The notes under the pieces: model-generated | Database searches by the model: none | What the model saw: only the letters and a program-made list of their open reading frames with translations | Told to the model about the DNA's origin: nothing | Assembly (NCBI GenBank): GCA_036504135.1 | Contig: DASXVP010000001.1 | Span: 26,216 to 90,215, forward strand | DNA: 64,000 nucleotides | Origin: Paludibaculum sp. | Lineage (GTDB): Bacteria > Acidobacteriota > Terriglobia > Bryobacterales > Bryobacteraceae | Reading direction: 5' to 3' | Translations under genes and position numbers: made by a program | Part shown: in pieces, positions 1-11,300 of the stretch | How the letters are laid out: every line of letters starts with the position of its first letter | Position numbering within the stretch: the stretch's first letter is position 1

Positions 1-192
1 GCGAAACCCGCACAAGATCCCCTTCTTCACCCAGCCATTCACGCGCCAGCCCGATTTCGCCGAGGCATCCGGCTCCGCCGCGCGAATCCTGCCCGCATTC
101 AATGCCGCCTTGAACTCCGCGAATAGCGCGAAGTCCGCCGCCGTGTATGGCGCTGGAGGATTGGCAAACAGCGCTTCGATCCGTGCCTGCAT
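1..192 (-). CDS. dapD: tetrahydrodipicolinate N-succinyltransferase, N-terminal fragment running off the left edge
   Basis: Minus-strand translation from the ATG at 192 gives MQARIEALFANPPAPYTAADFALFAEFKAALNAGRIRAAEPDASAKSGWRVNGWVKKGILCGFR, a DapD-like N-terminus. The start overlaps the dapA stop (TAATG). It sits in a DAP operon. Confidence 0.6.
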   Translation of the reverse strand, partial: MQARIEALFANPPAPYTAADFALFAEFKAALNAGRIRAAEPDASAKSGWRVNGWVKKGILCGFR

Positions 193-1073
193 TAAATGAG
201 CCCCGCTTCCGTCAACACCTTCTCAATCCGCGCCGCCGCCGCCGGTTGCGGCGCCACCAGAGGCAGCCGCCACACCGGTTCCAGCAAGCCCATGCTGGCC
301 ATCGCCGCCTTCACCGGACCTGGATTCGATTCCACGAAATTCACTTCCATCAGCGCCAGCCACAGCCTCTGCAGCGCCCGCGCCGCCGCGAAATTCCCGT
401 CCAGGCACAACTGCGCCAACTGCGCCATCTCCGCCGGAATCTCGTTAGATGCCACCGAGATGATGCCCTTGCCGCCCAGCGCCGCCAGCGCGATGGTGAT
501 GGCATCGTCGCCGCTGAGCACGTCAAAACCATCGGGCAGCGTGGAGCAGATATGCGCCATCTGCGCGATGTTCCCGCTCGCCTCTTTGACACCCACGATG
601 TTGTCGATCTCCGCCAGCCGCCGCAGCGTCGCCGGCTCGATGTTCACGCCCGTCCGGCCCATCACGTTATACAGAATAATCGGCAAATGGATCGCGGACG
701 CAATCGCTTTATAGTGCTGGTAGAGGCCCTCCTGTGTCGGCTTGTTGTAGTACGGCGTCACGGAGAGAATGCCGTCCACGCCCAGCGCCTCCACCCTCTG
801 CGCCAGATCGATCACATCCGTGGTCCAGTACCCGCCCGCGCCGGCCAGCACAGGCACTTTGCCCTTCGCTTCTTCCACCGTGATTTCCACCACGCGCAGG
901 TGCTCTTCCAGCGAGAGAGTCGGGCTCTCCCCGGTGGTTCCGCACGGCACCAGGAAGTGAATGCCCGCCTCGATCTGCCGCCGCACCAGCTTGCGCAGCG
1001 TGACCTCGTCGAGCGTTTCATTGGATAGGAATGGCGTCACCATCGCGGTGCCGCAGCCTCGGAAAATCGACAT
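192..1073 (-). CDS. dapA: 4-hydroxy-tetrahydrodipicolinate synthase
   Basis: 293 aa ORF with MVTPF...VPCGTTGESPTLS and the YNVMGRTG motif, typical of DapA. Confidence 0.93.
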   Translation of the reverse strand: MSIFRGCGTAMVTPFLSNETLDEVTLRKLVRRQIEAGIHFLVPCGTTGESPTLSLEEHLRVVEITVEEAKGKVPVLAGAGGYWTTDVIDLAQRVEALGVDGILSVTPYYNKPTQEGLYQHYKAIASAIHLPIILYNVMGRTGVNIEPATLRRLAEIDNIVGVKEASGNIAQMAHICSTLPDGFDVLSGDDAITIALAALGGKGIISVASNEIPAEMAQLAQLCLDGNFAAARALQRLWLALMEVNFVESNPGPVKAAMASMGLLEPVWRLPLVAPQPAAAARIEKVLTEAGLI

Positions 1074-1075
1074 GG

Positions 1076-1777
1076 TCAGACCCCTTCCTCAAATAGGATA
1101 CGGCTAAAATCGTGGCAGCCCTTCTTGCCCCCGGCCAGCCAGCGCGCCGCATGCAACGCACCGCGCGCAAAGCCCTCGCGGCTGCGCGCCGTGTGGCGGA
1201 GCGTGATGGTGTCGGCTGGTGAATCAAATCCAATCTCGTGCGTCCCCGGAATCGATCCCGCGCGGTTGGATCCCACGTCCACCTTACGTTCATAGCCGGC
1301 CTCGCGCATCACGTCCACCAGCTTGATCAGCGTGCCCGACGGCGCGTCTTTCTTCGCGCTGTGGTGAATCTCCCAGGCCCAGCTCTCATAGCCAGGCTGC
1401 TGCTGCATCCATCGTGCCGCCTCGGCCACCACGCGCTGGAATATGTTTACGCCGATCGAGAAATTCGGGCTATACACCAGCCCCGTGTGATTCAACTCAA
1501 ACTGCGCCGTCACTCTTTCCAGCTCGCCAAACCAGCCGGTGGTCCCCGTCACCGTCGGCACCCGCAGCACCGCCAGCTTCTCCAGATTGAACACCGCCGC
1601 TTCCGGCGTCGTGAACTCGATTGCCGCGCTCACGTCCCGAAAGTTCTCCGCCAGAAACCCCTCGCCGTTCGCGTTATTGTTCACGTCCAGCTTCAGCGCC
1701 ACGGTGAAGCCATACTCCGGCGCCAGGCGCTCCAGCATATGCCCCATCTTTCCGTAACCCACCAGTGCGAGCTTCAT
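1076..1777 (-). CDS. dapB: 4-hydroxy-tetrahydrodipicolinate reductase
   Basis: 233 aa ORF with an N-terminal VGYGKMG dinucleotide fold and the EIHHSAKKDAPSGT signature. Confidence 0.9.
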   Translation of the reverse strand: MKLALVGYGKMGHMLERLAPEYGFTVALKLDVNNNANGEGFLAENFRDVSAAIEFTTPEAAVFNLEKLAVLRVPTVTGTTGWFGELERVTAQFELNHTGLVYSPNFSIGVNIFQRVVAEAARWMQQQPGYESWAWEIHHSAKKDAPSGTLIKLVDVMREAGYERKVDVGSNRAGSIPGTHEIGFDSPADTITLRHTARSREGFARGALHAARWLAGGKKGCHDFSRILFEEGV

Positions 1778-3144
1778 TAGAAAACCTCCGGGTCGAGCAC
1801 GGTGAAAAATTCGCGGTGCAGCGCGTCCACCGCGCGCACCAGATCCGCCCCATCCACCACCAGGCTGACATTCATCAGCGACGCCCCCTGGCTGATCATG
1901 CGGATATTGACGTCCTTCATCGCACTGAAGATCCGTTCCGCCACGCCCGACGTCTCGCGCAGCGCATCACCCACCAGGCAGATGATCGCCTGATTCGGCA
2001 GCACAGTCACCTCGGCGATCTTCGATAGCTCGGCCTCGATGTCGCCCAGAAAGCGCGTCTGATCGATGGTGAGCGAGACGCTCACCTCCGAGGTCGAGAC
2101 CATGTCCACCGGAGTCCGGTAGCGGTCGAACACTTCAAAGATCCGCCGCAGAAACCCGTGCGCCATCAGCATCCGCAGAGACCGTATGCTCACCACCGTG
2201 ATGTCTTTCTTGCAGGCAATCGACTTCACGAAATTCGAGCAAGGCACTGGCTCCGAGACGATCAGCGTGCCCTCTACCTCGGGCCGCCGCGAGTTCAGGA
2301 TCCGCACCGGAATGTTCTTCTCAATCGCCGGCAGCACCGTCGCCGGATGCAGCACCTTGGCCCCAAAATACGCCAGCTCCGCCGCCTCGACAAACGAGAT
2401 GTGCCGCACCAGATGCCCGCCCGCCAGAACGCGCGGATCGCACGTTAGCATGCCATCGACATCGGTCCAGATCTGGATCTCTTCCGCACCCAGCCCAGCC
2501 CCCGCGATGGCCGCGGAAAAGTCGCTGCCCCCGCGTCCCAGCGTCGTCGTGACGCCGTCCACCGTGGCGCCGATGAAGCCGCCCATCACCACCACCGAAT
2601 CCTCCACCATCGGCGCCGCTTTTTCGGCAAACCGCTGATACGTCCGGCTGTACAGCGGCAACGCCTGCCCGTGCCGGCTATCGGTCACCAGCACGCTCCG
2701 CGCATCCAGATGACGCGCCGCCACGCCAAACTTCGGAAACGCGAGGGCCACAATCGACGACGACAACCGCTCGCCATAACTGCACACTTCGTCCCACAGC
2801 GTCGCCGTCACCTCGCCCGCTTTGGCGATAGCCTCCAGAGTCGCTTCCAGCTCGCCGAAGTGGGTCTCCAGCAGCGCGTTCAGGGCCCCGAGATTCTCGG
2901 CCGGCACGGCTGCGCCACCCTCCTTCAGGTGAAAGGCCCGCAGCTCTTCGGCATCCCGCAGTGCGTCCTCCACATTGCCCGCCGCGGCCTTGTCAGCCGC
3001 CGCGAGCAATCGGTTCGTCGTCTTGCCCATCGCCGACACCACCACCAGAGGCTTCCGGTGCGCGTAGGATCCGACGATGCCCGCGATCCGTTCAATCGCG
3101 GCGGCACTCTCCACCGAAGTGCCGCCAAACTTCATGACGATCAT
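1777..3144 (-). CDS. lysC: aspartate kinase
   Basis: 455 aa ORF with the MKFGGTSV motif and C-terminal ACT-like repeats. Its stop overlaps the dapB start (TAATG). Confidence 0.93.
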   Translation of the reverse strand: MIVMKFGGTSVESAAAIERIAGIVGSYAHRKPLVVVSAMGKTTNRLLAAADKAAAGNVEDALRDAEELRAFHLKEGGAAVPAENLGALNALLETHFGELEATLEAIAKAGEVTATLWDEVCSYGERLSSSIVALAFPKFGVAARHLDARSVLVTDSRHGQALPLYSRTYQRFAEKAAPMVEDSVVVMGGFIGATVDGVTTTLGRGGSDFSAAIAGAGLGAEEIQIWTDVDGMLTCDPRVLAGGHLVRHISFVEAAELAYFGAKVLHPATVLPAIEKNIPVRILNSRRPEVEGTLIVSEPVPCSNFVKSIACKKDITVVSIRSLRMLMAHGFLRRIFEVFDRYRTPVDMVSTSEVSVSLTIDQTRFLGDIEAELSKIAEVTVLPNQAIICLVGDALRETSGVAERIFSAMKDVNIRMISQGASLMNVSLVVDGADLVRAVDALHREFFTVLDPEVF

Positions 3145-3148
3145 CGCG

Positions 3149-4195
3149 CTAGTCCAGCAAGCCTTCGCTATACATCAGTTCGGCGTTCAACACCGCCGCG
3201 CCCGCCGCGCCGCGCACCGTGTTGTGCCCCAGGCAAACGAATTTGAAGTCCAGCACCGGGCACGTCCGCAGCCGCCCCACCGTCACGCACATCCCGTTCT
3301 CGCGGCCCGCGTCCCGCCGCGGCTGCGGCCGGTTGTCCTCGTGCATGTACAGCACCGGCTTCTTCGGCGCGCTCGGCAGCTTGCGTTGCTGCGGAATCGC
3401 CGTAAAATTCTCGAACGCGTGCAGTACCTGCGCCCGCGTCACCTTCTCGCGCAACCCCACGCTCACTGTGATCGTGTGCCCGTCCACTACCGGCACGCGG
3501 TTGCAGTGCGCGCTCATCCGCGCCGGCAGCGGCTCAATGTGATCGCCCGCCAGCATCCCCAGAATCTTCTGCGTCTCAATCTCCATCTTGGCCTCTTCCC
3601 CGCCAATGTACGGGATCACGTTCGCCATGATGTCCATCGAAGGCACGCCCGGATAGCCCGCCCCGGAGATCGCCTGCATCGTCGTCGCGACAATCGTCTC
3701 GATCCCAAACGGAATCAGCGGCGCCAGCCCCATCGTCAATGCCACAGTGGAGCAGTTCGGATTCGTGGCAATCGCGCCCTTCCACCCGCGCGCCTTCTGC
3801 ACCGCCAGCAGTTTCAGGTGATCCGGATTGATCTCCGGCACCAGCAGCGGCACATCGCTCTCCATCCGGTGGTTCTTCGAATTCGACACCACAAAGTGCC
3901 CCGCCTCGGCAAACGCCCGCTCAATCTCAGTGGCGACGTCGGCATCCATCGCGGAGAAGACCAGCTTCGGCGTACCGGCGCCCGGTACGCAGTCTGACAC
4001 GATCAGCCCTGCCACACGCTCCGGCATCGAGCCATCCAGTCGCCACGAAGTCGCGTCCTTATACTTCTTCCCGGCCGAGCGCGAGCTCGCCCCCACGAAG
4101 GTCAGTTCAAACCAGGGATGGCCTTCGAGAAACTTCACAAAGCTCTGCCCCACCATGCCGGTGGCGCCCAGGACTCCAACTTCGATCTTCTTCAT
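3149..4195 (-). CDS. asd: aspartate-semialdehyde dehydrogenase
   Basis: 348 aa ORF with [11 protein letters not shown]-binding motif and NPNCSTV active-site Cys. Confidence 0.93.
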   Translation of the reverse strand: MKKIEVGVLGATGMVGQSFVKFLEGHPWFELTFVGASSRSAGKKYKDATSWRLDGSMPERVAGLIVSDCVPGAGTPKLVFSAMDADVATEIERAFAEAGHFVVSNSKNHRMESDVPLLVPEINPDHLKLLAVQKARGWKGAIATNPNCSTVALTMGLAPLIPFGIETIVATTMQAISGAGYPGVPSMDIMANVIPYIGGEEAKMEIETQKILGMLAGDHIEPLPARMSAHCNRVPVVDGHTITVSVGLREKVTRAQVLHAFENFTAIPQQRKLPSAPKKPVLYMHEDNRPQPRRDAGRENGMCVTVGRLRTCPVLDFKFVCLGHNTVRGAAGAAVLNAELMYSEGLLD

Positions 4196-4244
4196 GACTT
4201 CTTTCCTTCTCTCAATTCGTCGGTGTTCGTGAATTCGCCCGCTC

Positions 4245-4272
4245 GTTCCGAGCCGCGGCCGTCAGGAAGCGG
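4245..4272. repeat. degenerate copy of the dispersed REP-like element (reverse orientation)
   Basis: GTTCCGAGCCGCGGCCGTCAGGAAGCGG resembles the CCGAGCCGCGACCGTTAGGGAGCGGTC arm seen at 15659-15685. It is intergenic between the M20 gene and asd. Confidence 0.4.
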
Positions 4273-4293
4273 CGGCAATCCGCTCCCAGCCTT

Positions 4294-5301
4294 CTAAGCC
4301 GTGAGCAGCCGCCGCACCATAGTCTGGTAAATGGTGACGGCCTCCAGCAGTTGCGCCTTCGGCACCCGCTCCTCACTGGTGTGCGCGACATGGATTGTGC
4401 CGGGGCCCATCAGATAAGGCTTGCCCCAGGCGCCTTGGAACGCCGGGATATCCGTGGTGTAAGCCACCACTGTCGTCTCAAATCCTGCCAGCGCCCCCAT
4501 ATGAAGCGCCGGAATGCAAAGTATCTCGTGGGCGTCCGCCAACCCGGCCGCGGCCGCTGCCACGTCCTCCCGCAGCTGCGCGGGGTCGTCCACCAGACGG
4601 AACATCAGCGCCGCCTCGGCTGCATCCGGGATCACGTTCGGCGCCCGCCCCCCGCTAAGAAGCCCGATATTCAAAGTGGACGCACCCAGCAACGGATGCA
4701 CCGGCAGCTCGATTGCCCGAATCCGCCCCAGCGCGTCCAGCAACTTGTTGATTGCCGATTCGCCCAGCTCCGGATAGGCCGAATGCGCCATCCGGCCCGA
4801 CGCCTTCAGCTCATACCGCAGCGCGCCCTTGCTGCCCAGCGCCAGCTTGTTTTCCGTCGGCTCGCCGTTGATGATGAAGCGCGATCCGCGCGGAGTGGTC
4901 GCCGCATGATACGCGCCCGCGCTGTTCTTCTCTTCGCCCACTACGAACAGCAACCCGAAATTCCGCGTCCCGCCCGCTAGCAACTGCTCCACCGCGCACA
5001 GCATCGCGGCAATGATCCCCTTCACATCGCACGCCCCGCGGCCCCAGATGAACGTCTCGTCCTCCCGCGCCGGAAAGAACGGCGGCACGGTGTCCAGATG
5101 CGTCGAGAGCGTCACCACCGGCTCGCCGAAACAGGCGAATACGTTGTGCCGCCGCGGCTCCACTTCCATCGTCTCCACGTGCCCGTCATACTGGCGCGCC
5201 AGATCGCCCAGCAGCGAAAGCAGGTACTCTCCGACCCGCTCCTCATTGCCGGTGATGGATTCGATATCCACCAAAGTGCGCGTGAGTGAGAAAACGTCCA
5301 T
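4294..5301 (-). CDS. M20 family metallopeptidase (DapE/ArgE-like; plausible succinyl-DAP desuccinylase of this operon)
   Basis: 335 aa ORF with the M20 motifs HLDTVP and GRGACDVKG. It is the first gene of the lysine operon. Confidence 0.8.
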   Translation of the reverse strand: MDVFSLTRTLVDIESITGNEERVGEYLLSLLGDLARQYDGHVETMEVEPRRHNVFACFGEPVVTLSTHLDTVPPFFPAREDETFIWGRGACDVKGIIAAMLCAVEQLLAGGTRNFGLLFVVGEEKNSAGAYHAATTPRGSRFIINGEPTENKLALGSKGALRYELKASGRMAHSAYPELGESAINKLLDALGRIRAIELPVHPLLGASTLNIGLLSGGRAPNVIPDAAEAALMFRLVDDPAQLREDVAAAAAGLADAHEILCIPALHMGALAGFETTVVAYTTDIPAFQGAWGKPYLMGPGTIHVAHTSEERVPKAQLLEAVTIYQTMVRRLLTA

Positions 5302-5429
5302 GGTTGAAAGGGAAACCTTTACGATATCGAACCTGAGGGTCCGGGATCAACAGAATCCCCCGCCCCGTTACAATGTGGGCACCCGCAACCTGTCCGGTAG
5401 GTAACCTATCCAACAAAGGAGCATCTGGG

Positions 5430-5795
5430 ATGAACCGTGTGACTCACTTCGAAATTCCAGCCACCAACCCCGAAGTGGTGGCTGCTTTCTATACCGAGCT
5501 GTTCGGCTGGAAGATCAGCAGTTGGGACGGCCCCGTCGATTATTGGATCGTCGATACCGGCAATGACGGCCCCGGCATCCACGGTGGCATCCTCCGCCGC
5601 CAGCACCCCGAACAGCCCGTCGTCAACACCGTCCAGGTAGCCGATCTCGACGCCTCCATGGCCAAGGTCGCCGCAGCCGGCGGCCAAATCGTTGTCCCGA
5701 AAATGCCCATCCCCACTGTTGGCTGGCTGTGCTACGCCAAGGACCCCGACGGCAACATTTTCGGCATCATGCAAAACGACCCAGCCGCCAAATAG
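5430..5795 (+). CDS. VOC (glyoxalase/bleomycin-resistance) family protein
   Basis: Internal ATG at 5430 is preceded by AAAGGA. MNRVTHFEIPATNPE...FYTELFGW...DPDGNIFGI is typical of VOC proteins. Confidence 0.8.
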   Translation: MNRVTHFEIPATNPEVVAAFYTELFGWKISSWDGPVDYWIVDTGNDGPGIHGGILRRQHPEQPVVNTVQVADLDASMAKVAAAGGQIVVPKMPIPTVGWLCYAKDPDGNIFGIMQNDPAAK

Positions 5796-5892
5796 CGCCC
5801 CCGGCGCGGACGCTCAAACTTGCCCGCGCCATCCCGCCCCCACCAGGACTCGGTACGATCCTCACCCGCTCCTGCGCTAGCATATCCATGTC

Positions 5893-8322
5893 GTGAAAAC
5901 CATCGGCATCCTACTCCTGGCCATCACTATTGCCTTCAGTCAGCAACCCGCCGGCCCAGCCCTCCCAGCAAAAGACACCCCCCTCCGCAAGTCCTCCCTG
6001 CTCCTCCGCGAAGGCAAAACCGACGAGGCCCGCATCGAGCTCCAGCGCCTCCTCAAAGCCAATCCCAACGACGCCGAAATCTGGTACCAACTCGCCCGCG
6101 CCTACCTCCTCGATTTCTACCAGGGCCTCGATTACCAGAAACGCCGTGTCTCCCTAGCCCTCGCCATGGAGTCCCTAGATGGCGCCATCAAACGCAACCC
6201 GGACCACATCCCCTCCCTCCGCGCCAAGGCCGTCATCCACGCCCGCGCCGAGCTCCTCTACTACGACCCCAACAAGTCCTACGAACTCGCCCAGCGCGTC
6301 GCCAAGCTCGAACCCCACGCCAACGGCTTCCTCATCAATCTCTCCGAGTGGCTCTCCGGCGAGGTCCGCTTCACCACCGAAAGCGGACACCGCGTCCCCC
6401 ACGATCCCCTCGTCGGCCTCGACCGCTCCATCGAACTCCTCGACCACGTCATCGACACCGCCCTGCCCTTCAGCACTGAAGAGAGCGCCGCCCTCTTCAT
6501 CATGGCCAACGCCCTCACCCGCCGCGGCAACTTCGCCGATTCCATCCTCTATTACAAACAGGCCATGGCCCGCACACAGGACCTCGAGCAGCGCCTCGGC
6601 TGCCTGCGCGAAATGGGAGCCAGCTTTTACCGCATGGGCGATTTCCCCGAGGCGGCCCGCTGCTTCTATCAGGCCCTGCAACTGCGCCTGAACACCGTCG
6701 ATCAATGGCTCCTGAAAGTCGCCATGGATCAGATGAAAGGCCCCAAGCCCGACCTCCCGAAAAATGTCATCTTCCCCGCCGCCGAGCCCGTCATCGACAA
6801 GACCAACCCGCCGCTGCTCGCCTTCAAGGACATCGCGCCCGAGCTCGGCGTCAACCGCTACGACGGCAACGGCACCGCCTCCTGGGGCGACTACGACGGC
6901 GACGGCGATCTCGATCTCTTCGAGTGCGGTAGCGGCTCGTTCATGAAAGTCTTTCGCAACGACGGCGGCAAGTTCACCGACGTCACCGACGAAATCGGCC
7001 TCGCCAAAGTCCCCTCCGGCTATAGCCTCAACCTGGTCGACTACGACAACGACGGCCGCGTCGATCTCTACATCTCCCTTAACGGCTGGAGCGGGCCCAT
7101 GAAGAACCGGCTCTACCACAACACCGGCGGGCACTTTGAGGACGTCTCCGCCAAGAGCGGCGCAGACGACCCCGGCTCCGGCTTCAGCGCCATGTGGGGC
7201 GACCTCGATAACGACGGCTGGCTCGATTTCGTCGTCGCCAACGGCGTCATCAAGGACGGCTCCACCCCGCAGATTTACCGCAATAATCGCGACGGCACTT
7301 TCACCAACATGACCCTCGCCGCCGGCATCAAGGAGCCGCCGTCCTACGGCGCCATCGGCATCGCTCTCGGCGATTACGATAAGGATGGCCGCCTCGACAT
7401 CCTCATCAACGGCCTCGACCCCGCCCCCACGCGCCTCTATCACAACGAGGGCAACTGGAAGTTCAAAGAGGTCTCCCATAAGGCCGGCGTCGTCCATCCC
7501 CTCCACAACGGCTTCGTCTGCCTCTTCTTCGACTACAACAACGACGGCTGGCCCGATATCCTCACCACCTCCCTCGCCCACTGGGACTCCGCCGTCGAGG
7601 CCCTCAAGGCCGGCTTCTCCCGCCCCAACGCCCGCGCCATGCACCCCGACGTCTGCCGCCTCTTCAGGAACAACCAGGACGGCACCTTCACCGACGTCAC
7701 TTTCGAGGCCAAACTCTTCTACCCCATGGGCGTCATGGGCGGCGGTGTGGCCGATCTCGACAACGACGGTTATCTCGATCTCTACTTCGGTACCGGCGAC
7801 CCCCAGATGAGCCGCCTGGAGCCCAATCACTTCTTTCGCAACAACGGCAACGGCACCTTCACCGATCTCACCAGCTACGTCGGCTTCGCCCGCCCCGGCA
7901 ACAAAGGCCACGGCGTCACATTTGTCGATATCGATGACGACGGCGATCTCGACATCTACGCCCAACTCGGAGGCCATTACCCGGGCGATCAGGCCTACAA
8001 CGCCTTCTACCGCAATCTCAAAGGCAATCAGAACCACTGGCTGGAAGTGCAACTGGAGGGTGTCAAGAGCAATCGCTTCGGCGTCGGCGCCCAACTCACC
8101 CTGAAGTCCGGCGATCTCCTCGTCTACCGCGAAGTCAAGGGTAGCGAGGGCTTCGGTTCCACCAACCCCTACCGCCAGCACTTCGGACTCGGCCAGCGCA
8201 CCAGGATCGATTCACTCGAGATCCGCTGGCCCAGCGGCGTCAGGCAGGTGTTCAAGGACCTCGAACATAACCACATCATCGCCATCCGCGAGGACAACGA
8301 CCAATCGAAACGCCTGAAATAG
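5893..8322 (+). CDS. CRTAC1-family protein (TPR + FG-GAP/VCBS repeats + ASPIC/UnbV C-terminal domain)
   Basis: GTG start and signal peptide. Repeated DxDxDG motifs (DYDGDGDLD, DYDNDGRVD, DLDNDGWLD, DYDKDGRLD, DYNNDGWPD, DLDNDGYLD, DIDDDGDLD). C-terminal RFGVGAQL...GSEGFGSTNPYRQHFGLG...IRWPSG. Confidence 0.85.
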   Translation: MKTIGILLLAITIAFSQQPAGPALPAKDTPLRKSSLLLREGKTDEARIELQRLLKANPNDAEIWYQLARAYLLDFYQGLDYQKRRVSLALAMESLDGAIKRNPDHIPSLRAKAVIHARAELLYYDPNKSYELAQRVAKLEPHANGFLINLSEWLSGEVRFTTESGHRVPHDPLVGLDRSIELLDHVIDTALPFSTEESAALFIMANALTRRGNFADSILYYKQAMARTQDLEQRLGCLREMGASFYRMGDFPEAARCFYQALQLRLNTVDQWLLKVAMDQMKGPKPDLPKNVIFPAAEPVIDKTNPPLLAFKDIAPELGVNRYDGNGTASWGDYDGDGDLDLFECGSGSFMKVFRNDGGKFTDVTDEIGLAKVPSGYSLNLVDYDNDGRVDLYISLNGWSGPMKNRLYHNTGGHFEDVSAKSGADDPGSGFSAMWGDLDNDGWLDFVVANGVIKDGSTPQIYRNNRDGTFTNMTLAAGIKEPPSYGAIGIALGDYDKDGRLDILINGLDPAPTRLYHNEGNWKFKEVSHKAGVVHPLHNGFVCLFFDYNNDGWPDILTTSLAHWDSAVEALKAGFSRPNARAMHPDVCRLFRNNQDGTFTDVTFEAKLFYPMGVMGGGVADLDNDGYLDLYFGTGDPQMSRLEPNHFFRNNGNGTFTDLTSYVGFARPGNKGHGVTFVDIDDDGDLDIYAQLGGHYPGDQAYNAFYRNLKGNQNHWLEVQLEGVKSNRFGVGAQLTLKSGDLLVYREVKGSEGFGSTNPYRQHFGLGQRTRIDSLEIRWPSGVRQVFKDLEHNHIIAIREDNDQSKRLK

Positions 8323-8353
8323 AAACGGCGGCGCCGGTTGGGCGCCGCCGTTT
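8323..8353. terminator. bidirectional intrinsic-terminator-like hairpin
   Basis: Perfect 13-bp stem AAACGGCGGCGCC / GGCGCCGCCGTTT with a 5-nt loop, between convergent genes. Confidence 0.7.
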
Positions 8354-8379
8354 CCCCATCTGAACAGGTCAGCAGGTTT

Positions 8380-11300
8380 CTACCAGAACGCCTTGACGCC
8401 GATCTGGATCTGACGCGGGAAGATGTTCTGATTGGACGCGAGGTTCGGGAACTGGGTGCCGAAGTTGGAATTGTTCGGATCGGTAGTGAACGTGTCACGG
8501 CCGTAGTAGTTGTGGTTGAACAGGTTGAAGGCTTCCAGTCGGAACTGTACCTTCAGCCGCTCGGTGATGTTGGTCATCTTGTTCAGCGATGCGTCCATCG
8601 TGAACGCATGATGCTTGCGAACTTGGCCCGAGCGCGACGGTGTATACCGCGGAGCATATCCCGCCGTCATAAGCCACGCTGCGTTCGAGATGTCGGTGCC
8701 GCAGCCCTTCTGGACTGAGTACGGCTGCATCACAACCGAGCCGTCGTTGAACTGGCGCGCGACGCAAGGATTCCAGGCGCGAACCTGGTGGGCCTTCCAG
8801 TCGATGTTGCCGCTGAAGTCGCCGCCTGGTGTCTTCGGATCCTTAAGCTGGATCACGTTACCAGGCAGATCAGCCGGCTCGCCCGAGCTGTTGTTGTAAT
8901 ACGTCGAGAACTGCCAGCCGCTGATCAGCCGGTTGGCAAAGCCGCCGGCATTCCCGCCGATCGAGTGTCCCTTGCCGAACGGCAATTCGTAAACGGCCGT
9001 CAGTTTGAGAATGTGCGGGCGGTCATTGAAGTACAGGCCCTGCTGCTGAACGTTGGCATATGCATCGTTGAAGCCCCACCGCTCCACCATCTTGGAGAAG
9101 GTGTAGTTGCCGAGCAGGTTGAGTCCCTTACCCACGCGCTGGTTGTAATTGACCTGCGCCGAGTTGTACCAGATATTGGAGTCGTTCCGGCCCTGCTCCA
9201 GCAGATCGCCGTTGAACTGCGGGAACGGGCGAGCCATCTGGAAGCGAGACACGGTATTGGCCGTATAGAAACCCGTGTTAATGAACGGCGCCAGTCCCTT
9301 GAATGGATTTGGAATCTGGGCGTCGCAATAAGTTGGGCTGCCGCCTTCGGCCAGGTTGCAGGTCTTGCGGAACGCTAGCGAGGGGATGTTGTAGTTCCGC
9401 TCGGAGTTGGCGCCGATCGTCCGGCTGCCCACGTAAGACACGTCCAACGTGGCAGAGCTCGAAACCATGTACTGGACGCCGACGGAGAACTGGTGCACGT
9501 ACGGTGTCCAGAAGGTCGGATTGAACCAGTTGTTGTTGCGGCCCGCAAACGTCAGCGCGCCCGCCGAGGCTCCTGTGGGAACCGAAACGCCCGTCGGGTA
9601 CGGATTGCTGAGGACGTTCGCTAGCGGCGTGCGATCGCCGTCGATGCTGTTCACCAGAGGCGTGTTGGTGGCGAAACCGGCGGTCTGCTGGTAGTTGTTG
9701 TTGGGGTTCATGTAATAGAGTCCCCAGCCGCCCCGCAACACGGCCTTGTCAGCCATCTGGTACGCCATGCCGGCGCGGGGCTGCCAGTTTTTCCAGACGT
9801 TATCGCCCGCGATGGTCGGATTGCCGTTCACCCCGGCGAAATTGAAACCGCCGGTGAGATTGGCCAGTTGCGGGTAAAGCGCAAGAGTATCAGGCGAGAA
9901 CATCTTGGCCAGCGGGTTAGCCACGGCCGCGTTGAAGCCGCGATTCATGCGGTTGTATTTCTCATCCGGCGCTTGGTTGAAGTCCCAACGCAGGCCAAGA
10001 TTCAAGGTCAGGCGGCGCGATATTTTCCAGTCGTCCTGGACGTAAGGCGCGAAGTACCACTGCCGGAAGAACGGATATAGCGGATAGTTCGAACTGCTGT
10101 CGCCGTGAGTCGTCGGCGTGCCCAGAAGGAACGTGGCGTAGCCGTCACCCGAGGTCGTATCACCCTGGTTGAATATCTTCTGCGTCCAGTTCTTGTCGCT
10201 GCGGAACCGCAGGATGTGCCCGGAGTTCTGCGTGATGTAGTGGATCCTGCGAAGATCCACTCCAAACTTCAGCGTGTGAGCGCCCGCAATCTTCGTGACG
10301 CTGCCCATGATGTTGTAGTTGTTAGTGATGTTGATGCCCTGGTCGCGGCCCAGCGAAGCATAACCCACCGTGTCCCAACGCCCGAAATACGCCGGACCCG
10401 GAATGCTCTTTACCAGCGCACTAGGCAGGCCGAGCGATGTCAGGTCGAAACCGGCGTTGGCTTGGCCGCGGCCCGTCTCGATGAAGCGGTTGTAAGATCC
10501 GCGTATGTTGGCGACGAGAGTGGGCGTCAGGCTGCCGACCCAGTCGATTACGTACGCATCATTGATGCGCTGGAACGGCTGCTGGCCGTCCGTCCCGGGC
10601 TTGTTGTCGATGCCGTTGACAGCGCGGTCTTCTGTGCGGTCGTTGGACGCATGGCGGAAGAACGCACGGTGCTTGTCGCCGAAGTTGAAGTCAAACTTCA
10701 AAATCAGGTTGTAGAACTTGTCGTTGTTCACATAGTCCGGGATCAGGAAGTTGTTCGTCGAATACTGAAGTCCCGGAGCCGTCGCGCGATTCGGCAGCGG
10801 CATGTACGTCGTCACGTTCTTTGCCACAGGATTAATCCGGCTGCCCGGTATGATATTTCCGGCAAACGGATTCCGAATCGGGTTGTTGTTGGCATCCAGC
10901 GTGTAGCTCGTCGGATCATAGATGGTGATCGGAGCGTTCGCAGCATTCTTCAACTTGGAGAAATCGCCGGTCCGCATCTCTGGCTCGGGGTACGAGTTGG
11001 TCAACGGATTCGGGGTCTTCTCCCGATAGTTCTCAAAGCTGCCCAGGTAGAAGAGCTTTGTCTTCGAGGACTTGGTCAACAGCTTCGGGAAGTAGAGCGG
11101 CCCTTCCAACTGGAAGCCGTACTGATCCAGCAAATGGTCGGCGCGCTTCGCACCTACCGCGTTGCCCTGGAACGTATTCGCATCCAGCCATTTCCGCCGC
11201 AGGAACTCCCAGCCGGTCGCGTGGAAGTCGTTGGTCCCGGACTTCAGAACGACGTTGAAAACGCCGCCGCCGGTCTTACCGTACGCCGCGTCGTAGGAGT

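Noticed and set aside
5302-5429. Lysine riboswitch (L-box) in front of the DAP/lysine operon.
   Set aside because: The spacer is only 128 nt and is shared with a divergent gene. I could not find the conserved L-box helices or motifs by eye.
6175-8181. Very long antisense ORFs opposite well-supported genes. Examples are 6175-8181, 10105-11952, 24224-25720, 40291-41757, 58286-59890 and 60715-62283.
   Set aside because: Their translations are low-complexity Gly/Ala/Arg/Pro/Glu strings with no recognisable motifs. They exactly shadow genes that have strong family signatures. Open antisense frames are expected in high-G+C DNA.
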